Assembly (NCBI GenBank): GCA_963796275.1
Contig: CAWCKY010000003.1
Location: 128,001-192,000 of the forward strand
DNA length: 64,000 nt
Source: an uncultured Acidobacteriota bacterium
GTDB taxonomy: Bacteria; Acidobacteriota; Blastocatellia; RBC074
Reading direction: 5' to 3'
In this document: positions 46,808 to 56,857 of the stretch, one piece after another
Position numbering within the stretch: position 1 is the first letter of the stretch
How the letters are laid out: each line of letters begins with the position of its first letter
The notes under the pieces: generated by a model
What the model saw: the letters and a program-made list of their open reading frames with translations, nothing else
The model's database searches: none
Told to the model about the DNA's origin: nothing
Position numbers and translations under genes: made by a program

Positions 46808-47599
46808 TCAGGACCTTTGGCGATGATGCTCTTTTTTGCAATCGTAGAGCCGTTTATCGGCTATTCGTATCAACTCGTCTGTCTCCGTAGCATCAGCCGG
46901 AAATGACGCTACACCCCAACTGATGCCGGTGATCGGATCAATTTGAGCTACAGCACAATATTCATTAAAACTCAATTCTATTCGATAAAGCAGGTTATTC
47001 ATGTCATCCCTAGAAGTCTCGGGGCAAAGAGCTGCAAACTCGTCACCTCCATAGCGGAACGTCGCATCGCTCTGGCGCAGGGACGACCGCAAAATGCGCG
47101 CAACCTGTAATAGAACCTCGTCGCCGGCGGGATGGCCCAGTTTGTCGTTCACCGATTTGAAACGGTCGATATCGAGCAGTGCTAATGATAGCTCCCGCCG
47201 ATAACGGCGAGCGCGCTCGACCTCATCGCTTAATCTCCGATCGAAAGCCGAACGATTGAGTAACGCCGTCAATGAGTCTTGCTGTGCACGTTCGGTGATC
47301 GATTGAATACGCTTATCGATGAAGCTCTTTAGTAGAACCGAAAAATGATTTTCCAATTCCTCGATCAACTGCGAATGGAGATCGATCAATTGTTCATAAT
47401 TCAATTGAGAAGAATATATTTTAACGCTTTTCCCGATGGATGCGCGCTGTGATGAGAGCTCACGGAAGATCGCATCGAGGTCATCGACATCGGCTATAGA
47501 TTGAAGTTGAAATTCAAGCTTTTGGAGCCTCTCCCGCTGCTCTTGCCAAATCTCCAGGAAGTTCTCGCTGGTCAGGACTGACATGATGATCTCTTTCAC
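46808..47599 (-). CDS. Diguanylate cyclase (N-terminal helical region + GGDEF)
   Basis: [20 protein letters not shown]-site RQSD, RYGGDEF. Confidence 0.93.
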   Translation of the reverse strand: MKEIIMSVLTSENFLEIWQEQRERLQKLEFQLQSIADVDDLDAIFRELSSQRASIGKSVKIYSSQLNYEQLIDLHSQLIEELENHFSVLLKSFIDKRIQSITERAQQDSLTALLNRSAFDRRLSDEVERARRYRRELSLALLDIDRFKSVNDKLGHPAGDEVLLQVARILRSSLRQSDATFRYGGDEFAALCPETSRDDMNNLLYRIELSFNEYCAVAQIDPITGISWGVASFPADATETDELIRIADKRLYDCKKEHHRQRS

Positions 47600-47705
47600 A
47601 CTATACTAAAAGGCGAGAGTCTTCGTCTCTTGGATCCTTCCGGGCGCAGATATTATAGTCTCATTGGCATAGAGATGTAACAGCAGATAGCAAAGGATAA
47701 CCGAT

Positions 47706-47909
47706 ATGAAAAAACCTGGGACAGCGGCAATCCTGAGTTTAATCGTTCCGGGCATTGGGCAGATCTATAATGGCGCAATCTGGCGCGGGATTTTCTGGTT
47801 GATTATTACCCCTGGTTTTTGGATCACAACCGGAGGGTTTCTCGGCTGGGTCTGCCATCTCGTCTCGGCATACACCGCATATACCTACGCCAAGAAGCTA
47901 AATCTATAA
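47706..47909 (+). CDS. Small membrane protein (TM2/DUF5683-like)
   Basis: AAILSLIVPGIGQIYNG pattern; 67 aa and hydrophobic. Confidence 0.7.
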   Translation: MKKPGTAAILSLIVPGIGQIYNGAIWRGIFWLIITPGFWITTGGFLGWVCHLVSAYTAYTYAKKLNL

Positions 47910-47976
47910 GATTCACCAGAAATCACCAGACGTAGTTCTGCCTTTTTATCCATACTTGTAGTGATGATTTTCAGCT

Positions 47977-50900
47977 TTATCTCGGTGTTTCAATCGCTTT
48001 GCCAACAATGACTATTGAGACATTGTTCTTCCTCAACATCTCATTCAATTTCGGCATCTGATCATTTAAAAACTTGTCCATCTCGAGCATCTTCGTTTGG
48101 AATTCCCGCTCCAACTCGTCGAAGAACTCTCTTTGCGCGGGCGTTGGCGCAGCGTTAACGCCTTGTACGGAAGAGAAGAGCGATGATAGTTTTTCGCTGA
48201 GTTGCGAAGCTCCCCGATAGCCAAGCCCTTCCTGCAGAGGTGCGGCCAGTTTACCGATAAGCGCATCGGTCTGTTTTAAAAAATCGGTGATTGACCCGGC
48301 CAGCTCTTTTGGTGCGTCCGGCAACTTCTCTTTGACGTTCTTCTCGATCTGTTGCAATTGCTCCTTGATGCCATCGAGCGAACGCAGCGCGGTATTGGTC
48401 GCGGAGATCATTTCACGTAGTTTCATCGAATAATCGAATTGCGTTTTCATATCTGTCGCCGTAACTTGAACGGTCGGATCTATTCCTACAGATACTTTTT
48501 TCTCCTGCGAATTTTCATTGATTATCAATTTAACCGTATATGCTCCCGGTATGACTAGAGGGCCGCGCGTTTCGCGGCCGAATGAGCGGTTCTCTTCATC
48601 CTGCTCCGGCGTAGGCTGCCGGCGCAATTTCGGTTTGTCATGCGAAAGATCCCATGCCACCCGATTGAAACCTTTCTCTTTGGGAATCTCGCTCAGTTCG
48701 CGCACGACTTTACCGCCGGCATCGAGAATTTGAATCTTGGCGAGAATCTTCGCATCGAGTTTATCTTTGAGATAGTAGGTGATCAGCGCGCCATTGGGCG
48801 GGTTCGGCCCGGCGAAGACCTTGTCGCCCATGCCGTAGCGGGTGAAGCGCGATGTGAATCGTATGGTGGCGCGCGGGGCGAACAATGTAGCATCGCGACC
48901 GGCCAAATCAACATTCATCTGCTGAATCGGCGTTGCATCATCAAATATCCAAAAACTGCGTCCGTGTGTTCCCAGGATCAGATCGTTTTCACGCGGATGT
49001 ACGGCGATGTCGTGAACGGCTACTCGCGGGAGATTTTTCAAACCGAGGTCTAACCAGCTCCGGCCGCCGTCGAAAGTCGCATAGAGGCCGAGTTCAGTGC
49101 CGGCGTAAAGCAAATTGGCGTTTTTCGGATCTTCTTTCATGACATGCACGTATGCCTTCGCCGGCAGATTTCCGCTGATATCAATCCACGTTTTACCGCC
49201 ATCGGCAGTTTTGAAAACATACGGTTTTAAATCGTCGAGCATGTGTCGATCGAAAGAAACATAAGCGATATCAGAGTTCGTGATAGAAGGCTCTATATGT
49301 GATACCGGGGAGAAAGCCGGGAGGCCTGTCACATTTTTTGTGAGATTCGTCCAGTTTTTTCCGCCGTTGGTCGTCAGTTGCAGGTTGCCGTCATCGGTGC
49401 CGGCCCAGATCACACCCGATTTTGCCGGCGATTCGTTCAAACTGATGATCGTGCAGTGATACTCGGCCGTCGTATTCTCGGTCGCAACCGGGCCGCCTGC
49501 TTCTTTCTGTTTTTCCGGGTCGCTGGTAGTCAGATCCGGGCTGATCTTTTCCCAGCTCTTACCGAAGTCTGGCGATTTGAAGACGATATTGCTCCCCAGG
49601 AAGACCGTGGTTTTATTATGCGGTGAAATGACAAGCGGCGCATTCCAATTGAAGCGGTATTTTTGATTCGACGCCGCCCCGCCACTACCGCCGACCCAGG
49701 GTTTAACTAATTGCTGTTCGCGAGTCCGCATATCGGTCCGCATGATGTTCCCTCCCTGAGACAAGGATAGATATATTTCCGGGTCATCAGGATGGTTTAT
49801 CACCTTGAAACCGTCGCCGAAGCTCACCATGCGCCAATCGTCATTCAATATGCCGGCCGGCTCGCGCGTGCGGCTGGGGCCCGTCCAACTACCGTTATCC
49901 TGCATCCCGCCCATTACCCAGTAGAATGGCTGGCGATTATCGGCATGGACGTGATAGGGCTGGCCGATGGGTATGTTATTGACATATTCCCATGAAACCC
50001 CTTGATCGTATGAGACGGCAACACCTCCATCCTGACCGCTCCACAATCGCCTTGGATTTAAGGGATCGATCCATAGAGCGTGATAGTCGATGTGGATGCG
50101 AGGCGCGATCGAGCGATAAGTGCGCCCGCCGTCAATCGAGACGAAAAGGTTCGATGCAACGGAGTAGACGCGATTTTCGTTCGCCGGATCGACGCGCAGG
50201 TCGGAATAATAGAACCCGCGCGAAACGATGTTCGCCTGCCGGGTCATTAATCGAAATGTATCCCCCTTGTCATCGGAGCGATACATAGTGCCTTCTTTGG
50301 TTTCGGCGATCACGTATACGACGTTGGGATTGCTGGGAGCAACTTTGACGCCAAGGCGTCCCATCAATTTCGGCATACCGTTGGAGAGTTTCTTCCACGT
50401 CAAACCGCCGTCGATCGATCTGAAGAGTCCCCCGTTTTCGCTGCCGCTCACGAAGGTCCACGGTTTACGCTCGAAGCGCCACAGCGCGGCATAAAGGATA
50501 TTGGGATTTTGCGGATCGATGTCCAGGTCGCAGGCGCCATGTTCCGGGTCGAGGTAAAGGGTCTTCTGCCAAGTTTTTCCACCGTCGGTTGTCATAAAAA
50601 CCCCGCGTTCCTCGTTAGGTCCGAACGCATGGCCGAGAGCTGCAACGAAAACGACATTCGGATTGCGGGGATGGATTATGACGCGAGAAATATGCATCGT
50701 CTCTTTCAACCCCAGATGCTGCCAGGTCTTCCCTCCATCGGTCGATCTGTAAATTCCATCGCCGAAAGAGATGCTGTTGCGCGCATTGGCCTCGCCGGTG
50801 CCGACCCAGATCACGTCGGGATTATCCGGCTCGACCGCAATGTCGCCAATCGACAGGGTGCTCTGCCGTTCAAATATCGGGCTCCACGTGATACCGCCGT

Positions 50901-51201
50901 TAATAGTCTTCCATAACCCTCCCGAAGCCGAGGCGACATAGACGATATTGGGATTTCCGGGAATTCCCTCGACATCCGATGTTCGGCCATCGAAGATGGC
51001 GGGGCCAATGCTACGCCATTCGAGCTTCTCAAATGTTTTAGAGTCGATTGGGCCGCTTGCCCTGTCTGCCCCGTCTGCCCCGTCTGCCCCGTTTGCTTTC
51101 CGGGAAGGGCCGTTGGCTGGAGGGTTTTGAGCTGGTGCGTTCAGACTTACTATCAGAAGCAGGGTCAACGTTAAAATGGCGGATCGTTTCAATGACTGCA
51201 A
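47977..51201 (-). CDS. Large secreted VPS10/sortilin-like BNR-repeat beta-propeller protein (often annotated glycosyl hydrolase)
   Basis: Signal peptide, WRSIGP, many S/T-x-D-x-G-x-T/S-W Asp-boxes, C-terminal helical domain. Confidence 0.88.
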   Translation of the reverse strand: MQSLKRSAILTLTLLLIVSLNAPAQNPPANGPSRKANGADGADGADRASGPIDSKTFEKLEWRSIGPAIFDGRTSDVEGIPGNPNIVYVASASGGLWKTINGGITWSPIFERQSTLSIGDIAVEPDNPDVIWVGTGEANARNSISFGDGIYRSTDGGKTWQHLGLKETMHISRVIIHPRNPNVVFVAALGHAFGPNEERGVFMTTDGGKTWQKTLYLDPEHGACDLDIDPQNPNILYAALWRFERKPWTFVSGSENGGLFRSIDGGLTWKKLSNGMPKLMGRLGVKVAPSNPNVVYVIAETKEGTMYRSDDKGDTFRLMTRQANIVSRGFYYSDLRVDPANENRVYSVASNLFVSIDGGRTYRSIAPRIHIDYHALWIDPLNPRRLWSGQDGGVAVSYDQGVSWEYVNNIPIGQPYHVHADNRQPFYWVMGGMQDNGSWTGPSRTREPAGILNDDWRMVSFGDGFKVINHPDDPEIYLSLSQGGNIMRTDMRTREQQLVKPWVGGSGGAASNQKYRFNWNAPLVISPHNKTTVFLGSNIVFKSPDFGKSWEKISPDLTTSDPEKQKEAGGPVATENTTAEYHCTIISLNESPAKSGVIWAGTDDGNLQLTTNGGKNWTNLTKNVTGLPAFSPVSHIEPSITNSDIAYVSFDRHMLDDLKPYVFKTADGGKTWIDISGNLPAKAYVHVMKEDPKNANLLYAGTELGLYATFDGGRSWLDLGLKNLPRVAVHDIAVHPRENDLILGTHGRSFWIFDDATPIQQMNVDLAGRDATLFAPRATIRFTSRFTRYGMGDKVFAGPNPPNGALITYYLKDKLDAKILAKIQILDAGGKVVRELSEIPKEKGFNRVAWDLSHDKPKLRRQPTPEQDEENRSFGRETRGPLVIPGAYTVKLIINENSQEKKVSVGIDPTVQVTATDMKTQFDYSMKLREMISATNTALRSLDGIKEQLQQIEKNVKEKLPDAPKELAGSITDFLKQTDALIGKLAAPLQEGLGYRGASQLSEKLSSLFSSVQGVNAAPTPAQREFFDELEREFQTKMLEMDKFLNDQMPKLNEMLRKNNVSIVIVGKAIETPR

Positions 51202-51465
51202 GATTGACCTCCTCTATCGCGGTTGGGACGAATACTCAGAGACCGATTCACCATGGATACTCAAGGAGGTGACAAAGGAGCGCAAATAACAGCGCTTATC
51301 CATTGCATATGTGTGATCCTGGTGAATTCAGTGAGCAAAATTTGACGAATAAGAGCCTGAATCTACTCCGCGCCGTAGAATTCGTCAATAAAGCTACTCT
51401 TTGAGAAGAAAGGCAAATTAGGTATGCGGGGTCAGTCGTAAGTAGAGAGCGTATCGAGTGAGTCA

Positions 51466-53022
51466 TTACTGATGGCGGGGCGAGTTAAAAGAATTTTTCA
51501 ATGATTTACCCCTATTGGTCGAATCCAGAGGTTTCTTCCGCTTTGCGATCTGATAAAAATATTCACTCACCTGTTCCAGCTCATATTCCAGCTTGATCAT
51601 CTCCAACCCAGGTCCTTCGCGGCTCTGTTTTCGCGCCCCCAATTGCCATAGCTCGGGGTCGAAATCGACATAGACCACGCGACCCGCCAGTAATAGACCA
51701 TCGATGACTTCGTCGAGTCGGTCATCGGGCCAGCCAGACCCCGGAGAGACCGTCTTCCAGAGCGGCCGGGCACCTATCAAGCGGTAGAGACTTACGAGCG
51801 GACTTCGTGCTCCGACAATGAATGCCGAATTCCAGGGCAGGTAATCAATCTTGGAAATATAATTTTTCGCTGCGCGCGCCGCCCAGTCCGATCCGTCGAT
51901 GTCTCTGAACATTTGGTTATAGGAGCCAATGGTCAGTACGACTATACCGAGCAATAACGGCAAAGACTGGATACGATAACATTTGATCAGTTCAGCCAGA
52001 CACCATCCGCAGATCGCTGCGAGTCCTAACAGACCTGTTAATAGATAACGCGGATTGACAGATAAATCGTGGTTGGCCAATAGCACGAGGTCGGCCAGCA
52101 GGCCAAGGCAGCCGAACACATATAGGGCGCGCAAATTTTTTCTCGGCCATAGTAATATGAAAGCGAGCGGGGCGATCATGACTACCACGCTGGAACAGTT
52201 ATAGGCGAAGTCGAACAGAAAGCGAAAATTCTCGATCGTTACCGGATGTAATTTGCGTTCTTGTGCGCTGAGCGCGTACCAATTGAATACCCCCGCCAGA
52301 TAAGTGGGTTCGTAAAATGTCCAGAAGATCATCCCGGCGAAGGCGGCGATGATGGCTAAAACCAGTGCCCTCAACCCGTAAATCCAGCCATAACCATATA
52401 CTCGCGCTGCCAGCGGGATAAAGGGAAGATAGAAAATTGCGAATTCGCGGAGGTTTGCGCTCACCCCTGCGAGAGTGGCGGCGATAATAAATTGATGCGC
52501 GCGTCCCATGCGCAAGCTTCGTAACATCCACCACAACGACCAGCTCAGCATAAGGAATGCCGGAATCTCGCTCATCCCGCGGCCGCTATAGATGATGTAG
52601 TATGGCGATAAGGCGACGAGTAGTGCGCCGAAGCTCGCGGCGAGCCGGCTAGCCGTCAGCTCTTTGCAGAGCGCATATATGCCGACAATTGCAGGACCGC
52701 TTTGGGCGATCACGGCATAGCGCAGGACCAGGTACGCTTGCTCAGCTGGAAGATTGAACCATTCGTTCGCAATTCTCCAAAACAGGTGGTTGTAGGCGAG
52801 GAAGAGAGCGCGCCCTAATCCCAACGAAGTAGGCAATCCCTGAACTGCATAAGATGTGTAATCGAATCCGTCCCAGTCGCTTATGAACTGATCCTGGAAT
52901 TTCCAGGCGAGGGACCAGGTAAGAAACAAGAGAGGGAGCCAGATATAAAAATCCCTCTTCCAATAGTGGTTATTGGTGGAAGAGTCTCTAGTGAGCAACG
53001 GTAAGGAGCGATCATTTGTCAT
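51466..53022 (-). CDS. GT-C fold polytopic membrane glycosyltransferase (PMT/ArnT-like)
   Basis: First-loop SDWD acidic motif, SE.P motif, NPRY, about 11-13 TM helices. Confidence 0.6.
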   Translation of the reverse strand: MTNDRSLPLLTRDSSTNNHYWKRDFYIWLPLLFLTWSLAWKFQDQFISDWDGFDYTSYAVQGLPTSLGLGRALFLAYNHLFWRIANEWFNLPAEQAYLVLRYAVIAQSGPAIVGIYALCKELTASRLAASFGALLVALSPYYIIYSGRGMSEIPAFLMLSWSLWWMLRSLRMGRAHQFIIAATLAGVSANLREFAIFYLPFIPLAARVYGYGWIYGLRALVLAIIAAFAGMIFWTFYEPTYLAGVFNWYALSAQERKLHPVTIENFRFLFDFAYNCSSVVVMIAPLAFILLWPRKNLRALYVFGCLGLLADLVLLANHDLSVNPRYLLTGLLGLAAICGWCLAELIKCYRIQSLPLLLGIVVLTIGSYNQMFRDIDGSDWAARAAKNYISKIDYLPWNSAFIVGARSPLVSLYRLIGARPLWKTVSPGSGWPDDRLDEVIDGLLLAGRVVYVDFDPELWQLGARKQSREGPGLEMIKLEYELEQVSEYFYQIAKRKKPLDSTNRGKSLKNSFNSPRHQ

Positions 53023-53106
53023 TTTACATTTGTCATTGTGCCCTTGGCGTGCTCAGTCAATGTTCAATGACAGATCTAAAATGACAAATGACAAATGTAA
53101 AATGTA
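53012..53106. repeat. Inverted heptamer-repeat element (TCATTTG / CAAATGA)
   Basis: TCATTTGTCATTTTACATTTGTCATTG pairs with CAATGACAGATCTAAAATGACAAATGACAAATGTAAAATG. Confidence 0.7.
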
Positions 53107-53107
53107 G

Positions 53108-54169
53108 TTATCCCTTGGGCGCGTAATAGCCTCTGCGGTGTCGCACCTTCATATCTTTGCGATTGGGGACGCGGATTTCAATCTTACGGAAGGTGCCATC
53201 GTTGGTGCCCACCTTCGGCTCATAGGCCAGCAGATACTGCTGGCGCAGATCTTTTTCGAGTTCTGTGAAAGCCTTGTCCAGGTCCTCCGGTTTTTTGGGG
53301 AATGTCGCGCGTCCACCGGTCGCATCGCAAATTTTCTTGAGCACGCCCTGGTTGACCCCGCCGAATCCAGGATCGCCGATGCCGATGGCATAGATTACGA
53401 CTTCCGCACGCAACGCCTCGTCAATGGCATCGCCGATTTTCAGCCGGCTCGTCGTATCTTCTCCGTCCGTCAATAGAATGATCGTTTTCCGGCCGGGCTC
53501 TTTGGCCAGCAAATCCGCACTTGTTGCGACGATTGAGTCATAGATCGAGGTTCCACCCTGGCGCGATGTGCTGTTGATAGGAGGAGTGGCGCCCCCATAA
53601 ACGCTTTGCGGCGGGGCACCAATGAAAGCGATATCTTCGAGCGCCTTGCGTACGCGCAGCGGGTTGGAGGTTAATCCGACCATTACTGTCGCCTCACCCT
53701 CGAATTTGATGACCCCTGCTGTGTCCTTGCCCTTTCGGATTACTGAATCAATGAAACGCCCGCCCGCATCTTTCAGAAGCGGGAGCGTGTATTGTTCGCT
53801 ACCGCTGACGTCAATCAGCAGCGCCAGCGTCAATGGCAGATCGAATTCGCGTTTGAACGTGAATATTTGTTGCATCTGCCCGTTTTCAAGAATCTCTATA
53901 TCTTCCTGTTTGATATCGTTGATGTAGCGGTTCTGTTTGTCCTGAACGCTGAACAGCACGTTGACTAGCTGCGTATCGAGCTTGATCGTCTGTTCTTCGT
54001 CTACTTTCTCGGGCGGCTTCTTGTCCTGCGGCTTTGTCTGCCCCTGCCCCTGTTTCTTCTCTTGTTGCACGACAAAGGATGGTTGCGATGAAAATACAAA
54101 GTTTGTCGCAGCAGTTACCAGAGCGGTAAGAGTGAAACAGATTGCTATCAATTTTATTGCTGACTTCAT
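53108..54169 (-). CDS. VWA domain protein, acidobacterial VWFA-related type, exported
   Basis: Signal peptide, MIDAS DVSGS, TSIYDS, LLTDGED, QYLLAY...RRGYY. Confidence 0.88.
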   Translation of the reverse strand: MKSAIKLIAICFTLTALVTAATNFVFSSQPSFVVQQEKKQGQGQTKPQDKKPPEKVDEEQTIKLDTQLVNVLFSVQDKQNRYINDIKQEDIEILENGQMQQIFTFKREFDLPLTLALLIDVSGSEQYTLPLLKDAGGRFIDSVIRKGKDTAGVIKFEGEATVMVGLTSNPLRVRKALEDIAFIGAPPQSVYGGATPPINSTSRQGGTSIYDSIVATSADLLAKEPGRKTIILLTDGEDTTSRLKIGDAIDEALRAEVVIYAIGIGDPGFGGVNQGVLKKICDATGGRATFPKKPEDLDKAFTELEKDLRQQYLLAYEPKVGTNDGTFRKIEIRVPNRKDMKVRHRRGYYAPKG

Positions 54170-54234
54170 AACTTCTCCTTCACCAGCCGCCTCCAGCCGC
54201 AAGGATGCCAGGATCGCTCAACAGCGAACGCGGT

Positions 54235-55257
54235 TTAAGGCGATTGTTTGGCGTTCTGAGCGCCCTTTGGGATGGCATTGTAACCGGCCTTTGTCCTGAT
54301 CCTCAGGTCCTTTTTGCCTGGCAATTTAACTTCGATCTTGCGGTATTTGCTGTCGAAGTTTTCATTGCTGGGCTGATAGGCGACCAGATACTGGCTGCGC
54401 AACTCGCGCGCAATCGCTGCCAGGCTCTTTTCAAGTTCTATCACCTCCGCTGTAAAGAACGCCCGCCCGCCGGTGTCCTCAGTCAGGCGTTTGAGGTCTT
54501 TATCTTCCCGGCGATCTACCATCCCTCCCTGTACGCCGAATAGACCGCCCGCTTTCGTACTGATCGCGAAGATGACTGTTTCGGTACGCTGTGCGAGGTC
54601 GATCGCTTCTTTCAAGTTGCGCTCGCTCGCCGTGTCCTCGCCGTCAGTGATGATGACCATGGCGCGGCGACGGCCTGGTGATGCGGCCATCTTCTCTTCA
54701 CAAATCCGGAAGATCGCGTCGTACATGCGCGTCTCACCCTGCGCTTTTACCTTGTAGACTGCAGACGAGAGCAGATCGAGACGGTTGGTGAAGTCCTGGT
54801 GAAGTTCGACCTGGGAATCGAATGTGGCGAACAACGCCCGGTCCCTGCGCGACGAGAGCATCGTCTCGAGAAAAGAGACTGCCGAGTCTTTCTCGAATTT
54901 CAGTTTGGGTTTGACGCTGTTCGAAGTATCCATGAGCACAGCTACATCGAGCGGCATGTTGCTCTGCTGCGCGAAGGAGATGATCTTTTGCGGAACTTTG
55001 TCCTCAAAGATTTCAAAATCACCCTCCTTGAGATCGGTCACGAAGATATTGCTTTTACCTTCGGTGACGGTGATAGGCAGACGAACGTTAATAGTACGGA
55101 TGTCCAGATTCTGTTCGAGCTGGTTATCTTCAGCGGGTTTTGTCCCCGGTTTCTGTTTTGGTTCTGAGTTCTGCGTTTGCGCATCTGATGTATGCAGAAT
55201 CCCGATTACGGCGCAGAATAGAACGAGAGCGATCAACAACCGGCGAAGCTTGATCAT
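54235..55257 (-). CDS. VWA domain protein, acidobacterial VWFA-related type, exported
   Basis: Signal peptide, DTSNS, TRMYDAI, IITDGED, TGGRAF, QYLVAY. Confidence 0.88.
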   Translation of the reverse strand: MIKLRRLLIALVLFCAVIGILHTSDAQTQNSEPKQKPGTKPAEDNQLEQNLDIRTINVRLPITVTEGKSNIFVTDLKEGDFEIFEDKVPQKIISFAQQSNMPLDVAVLMDTSNSVKPKLKFEKDSAVSFLETMLSSRRDRALFATFDSQVELHQDFTNRLDLLSSAVYKVKAQGETRMYDAIFRICEEKMAASPGRRRAMVIITDGEDTASERNLKEAIDLAQRTETVIFAISTKAGGLFGVQGGMVDRREDKDLKRLTEDTGGRAFFTAEVIELEKSLAAIARELRSQYLVAYQPSNENFDSKYRKIEVKLPGKKDLRIRTKAGYNAIPKGAQNAKQSP

Positions 55258-55483
55258 TATTTCCTCCGATTACCAAGCTATAGGTTCTTTACAGTTAATA
55301 GAACGTACGAAGATTATAGTTTGCGTGGGAACTAGCAGTAAAGCGGGCTGGAAAAACAATACCGCGGCTCGTAGGGAGAGAGTGCCTTCAATGAAGCTAA
55401 ACACTCTGTCCATAGCGGACGCGGTATTTGATCGGTTCGAAATTACTTCTGGCACGCAATCCAGAAATTTTTCGTCGCTCAAA

Positions 55484-55978
55484 TTACGGAGTTTTCGGCT
55501 CTTCCCCTCCGGATTCGGTTCCCGCGGCTGCACCTATATTTGTTCCTTCTCCGTGTGGTATTGCGCTCGGTGTGGCCGATTCGACGAAGCGTATCGTGCC
55601 GTCTTCGATCACATTAAAATCGCGGGAGGCAGTACTGGCAGATTGTCTTGTCGCCTGGACGCAGTATTTATCAGGCGTCGCTTCGGTAGAGGTGTAGAGG
55701 TAGCCGCTGACGGCCGAACCGCTGGAATAATTCGAATCAAGAAAGTTTTCCTGACCAAGCTCTTTAAGTGTTCCAAATTTCCCTCTCACGGCGCTGTGAT
55801 GAGCTTGAGCAGTATGAATGGTCCTCAAGGTTTCTATCGTAGCAGTTTCACGACCGATCTTGATGTTTTCAAGTAATTTGGGAACGGCCACCGCCGCCAG
55901 AATACCGATGATTGCAACGACGATCAAGAGTTCGATAAGTGAAAAACCAGCCTGCAGACGTCGATCTCGGTGCTTCAT
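55484..55978 (-). CDS. Type IV pilin-like protein (class III signal peptide)
   Basis: QAG|FSLIELLIVVAIIGILAAVAVP prepilin cleavage/methylation motif. Confidence 0.92.
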   Translation of the reverse strand: MKHRDRRLQAGFSLIELLIVVAIIGILAAVAVPKLLENIKIGRETATIETLRTIHTAQAHHSAVRGKFGTLKELGQENFLDSNYSSGSAVSGYLYTSTEATPDKYCVQATRQSASTASRDFNVIEDGTIRFVESATPSAIPHGEGTNIGAAAGTESGGEEPKTP

Positions 55979-56037
55979 ATACTTAATTAGCTCCTTCCTG
56001 ATGGGTATCTATTTTGAGGTCTATGCTTCAAAACACA

Positions 56038-56062
56038 AACGATTGAAGATCGAATCTGTTCC
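56038..56062 (-). promoter_or_regulatory. ECF-sigma-type promoter upstream of the pilin
   Basis: GGAAC-N16-CGTT, about 60 bp before the ATG. Confidence 0.55.
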
Positions 56063-56164
56063 AATATTACTACATAGAAAGGCCGGGGGAGAAGGCAGTC
56101 GGAAGGCGAGAGTCTGGCGGACGGGGAGACTGAACGACTGGACGCGGAAGGAAGTTTTTACTCC

Positions 56165-56857
56165 TTAATTTTTCTTTCCATAGCTTTGCAGCGCGATTAC
56201 CAGCGCCAGGATGGAAATAATAAGCCATAACACCACCCAGAGCGTCGCCGGAATCAGAGTTAGCTGCTCCATCATGCGTGCGTCGCTGTGGCTATTTGAT
56301 GTCGTCGAGATCAGGAAGAGCGTCTTGAGGTCCAAGAGCGCGTTAAGGCAACACTGAACCGCGAGGAAACTCAGGAAGAAATGGGCCAGTCGTTTACCCG
56401 CTATCAGTGCAATAAAAATCAGCCCGCCAGAGAGGATTATCCCGGTAACCCAACTGAACGGATCACTCGCGTAGAGGCCAGTCAAGGCGAGGATCAATGC
56501 CGCGGTGACCGTCAGCACCGATTTCGTATTGTTCCCATCACGGCATAACACGAGCAGTCCGGCGCCATAGGCGGTACTCGCTAGATAGCCGGCACTGGCG
56601 ATCACTAGTTGCGATCCGCCGCGAGTATAGGTTTCGCCGCTGGCATTGGTATAGATCACCAATTGTTCCACCGAACCGAAAGTGATGAGCGCGGCGAGCG
56701 CGTGGCCGCCTTCGTGAATGAAGGTCACAAACAGGCGCAGCGGATAGACCAATAACGACGCGAGCGGTATTAACCAGATGATGCCGGCCAGGAGCGATGC
56801 TCCGAGCAGAAATATGAGGGAATCACCGGTTTTTTTTGGTGTTGGCATAAACCCCAA
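56165..56857 (-). CDS. M50B family membrane metallopeptidase
   Basis: IHEGGH, AGY, HSDA; multiple TM helices. Confidence 0.88.
   Translation of the reverse strand: MGFMPTPKKTGDSLIFLLGASLLAGIIWLIPLASLLVYPLRLFVTFIHEGGHALAALITFGSVEQLVIYTNASGETYTRGGSQLVIASAGYLASTAYGAGLLVLCRDGNNTKSVLTVTAALILALTGLYASDPFSWVTGIILSGGLIFIALIAGKRLAHFFLSFLAVQCCLNALLDLKTLFLISTTSNSHSDARMMEQLTLIPATLWVVLWLIISILALVIALQSYGKKN

Noticed and set aside
50880-50896. parS-like GCTCCACGTGATAC inside the VPS10-like gene
   Set aside because: Mismatches in both arms and explained by coding sequence.
51061-51096. 9-bp tandem repeat encoding GADGADGAD
   Set aside because: In-frame slippage in a disordered linker after the signal peptide; no sign of function.
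54824-55876. 350-aa plus-strand ORF spanning the VWA gene, the intergenic region and the pilin
   Set aside because: Ser/Arg/Cys-rich and motif-free, with no clear RBS, and overlaps two well-supported minus-strand genes.
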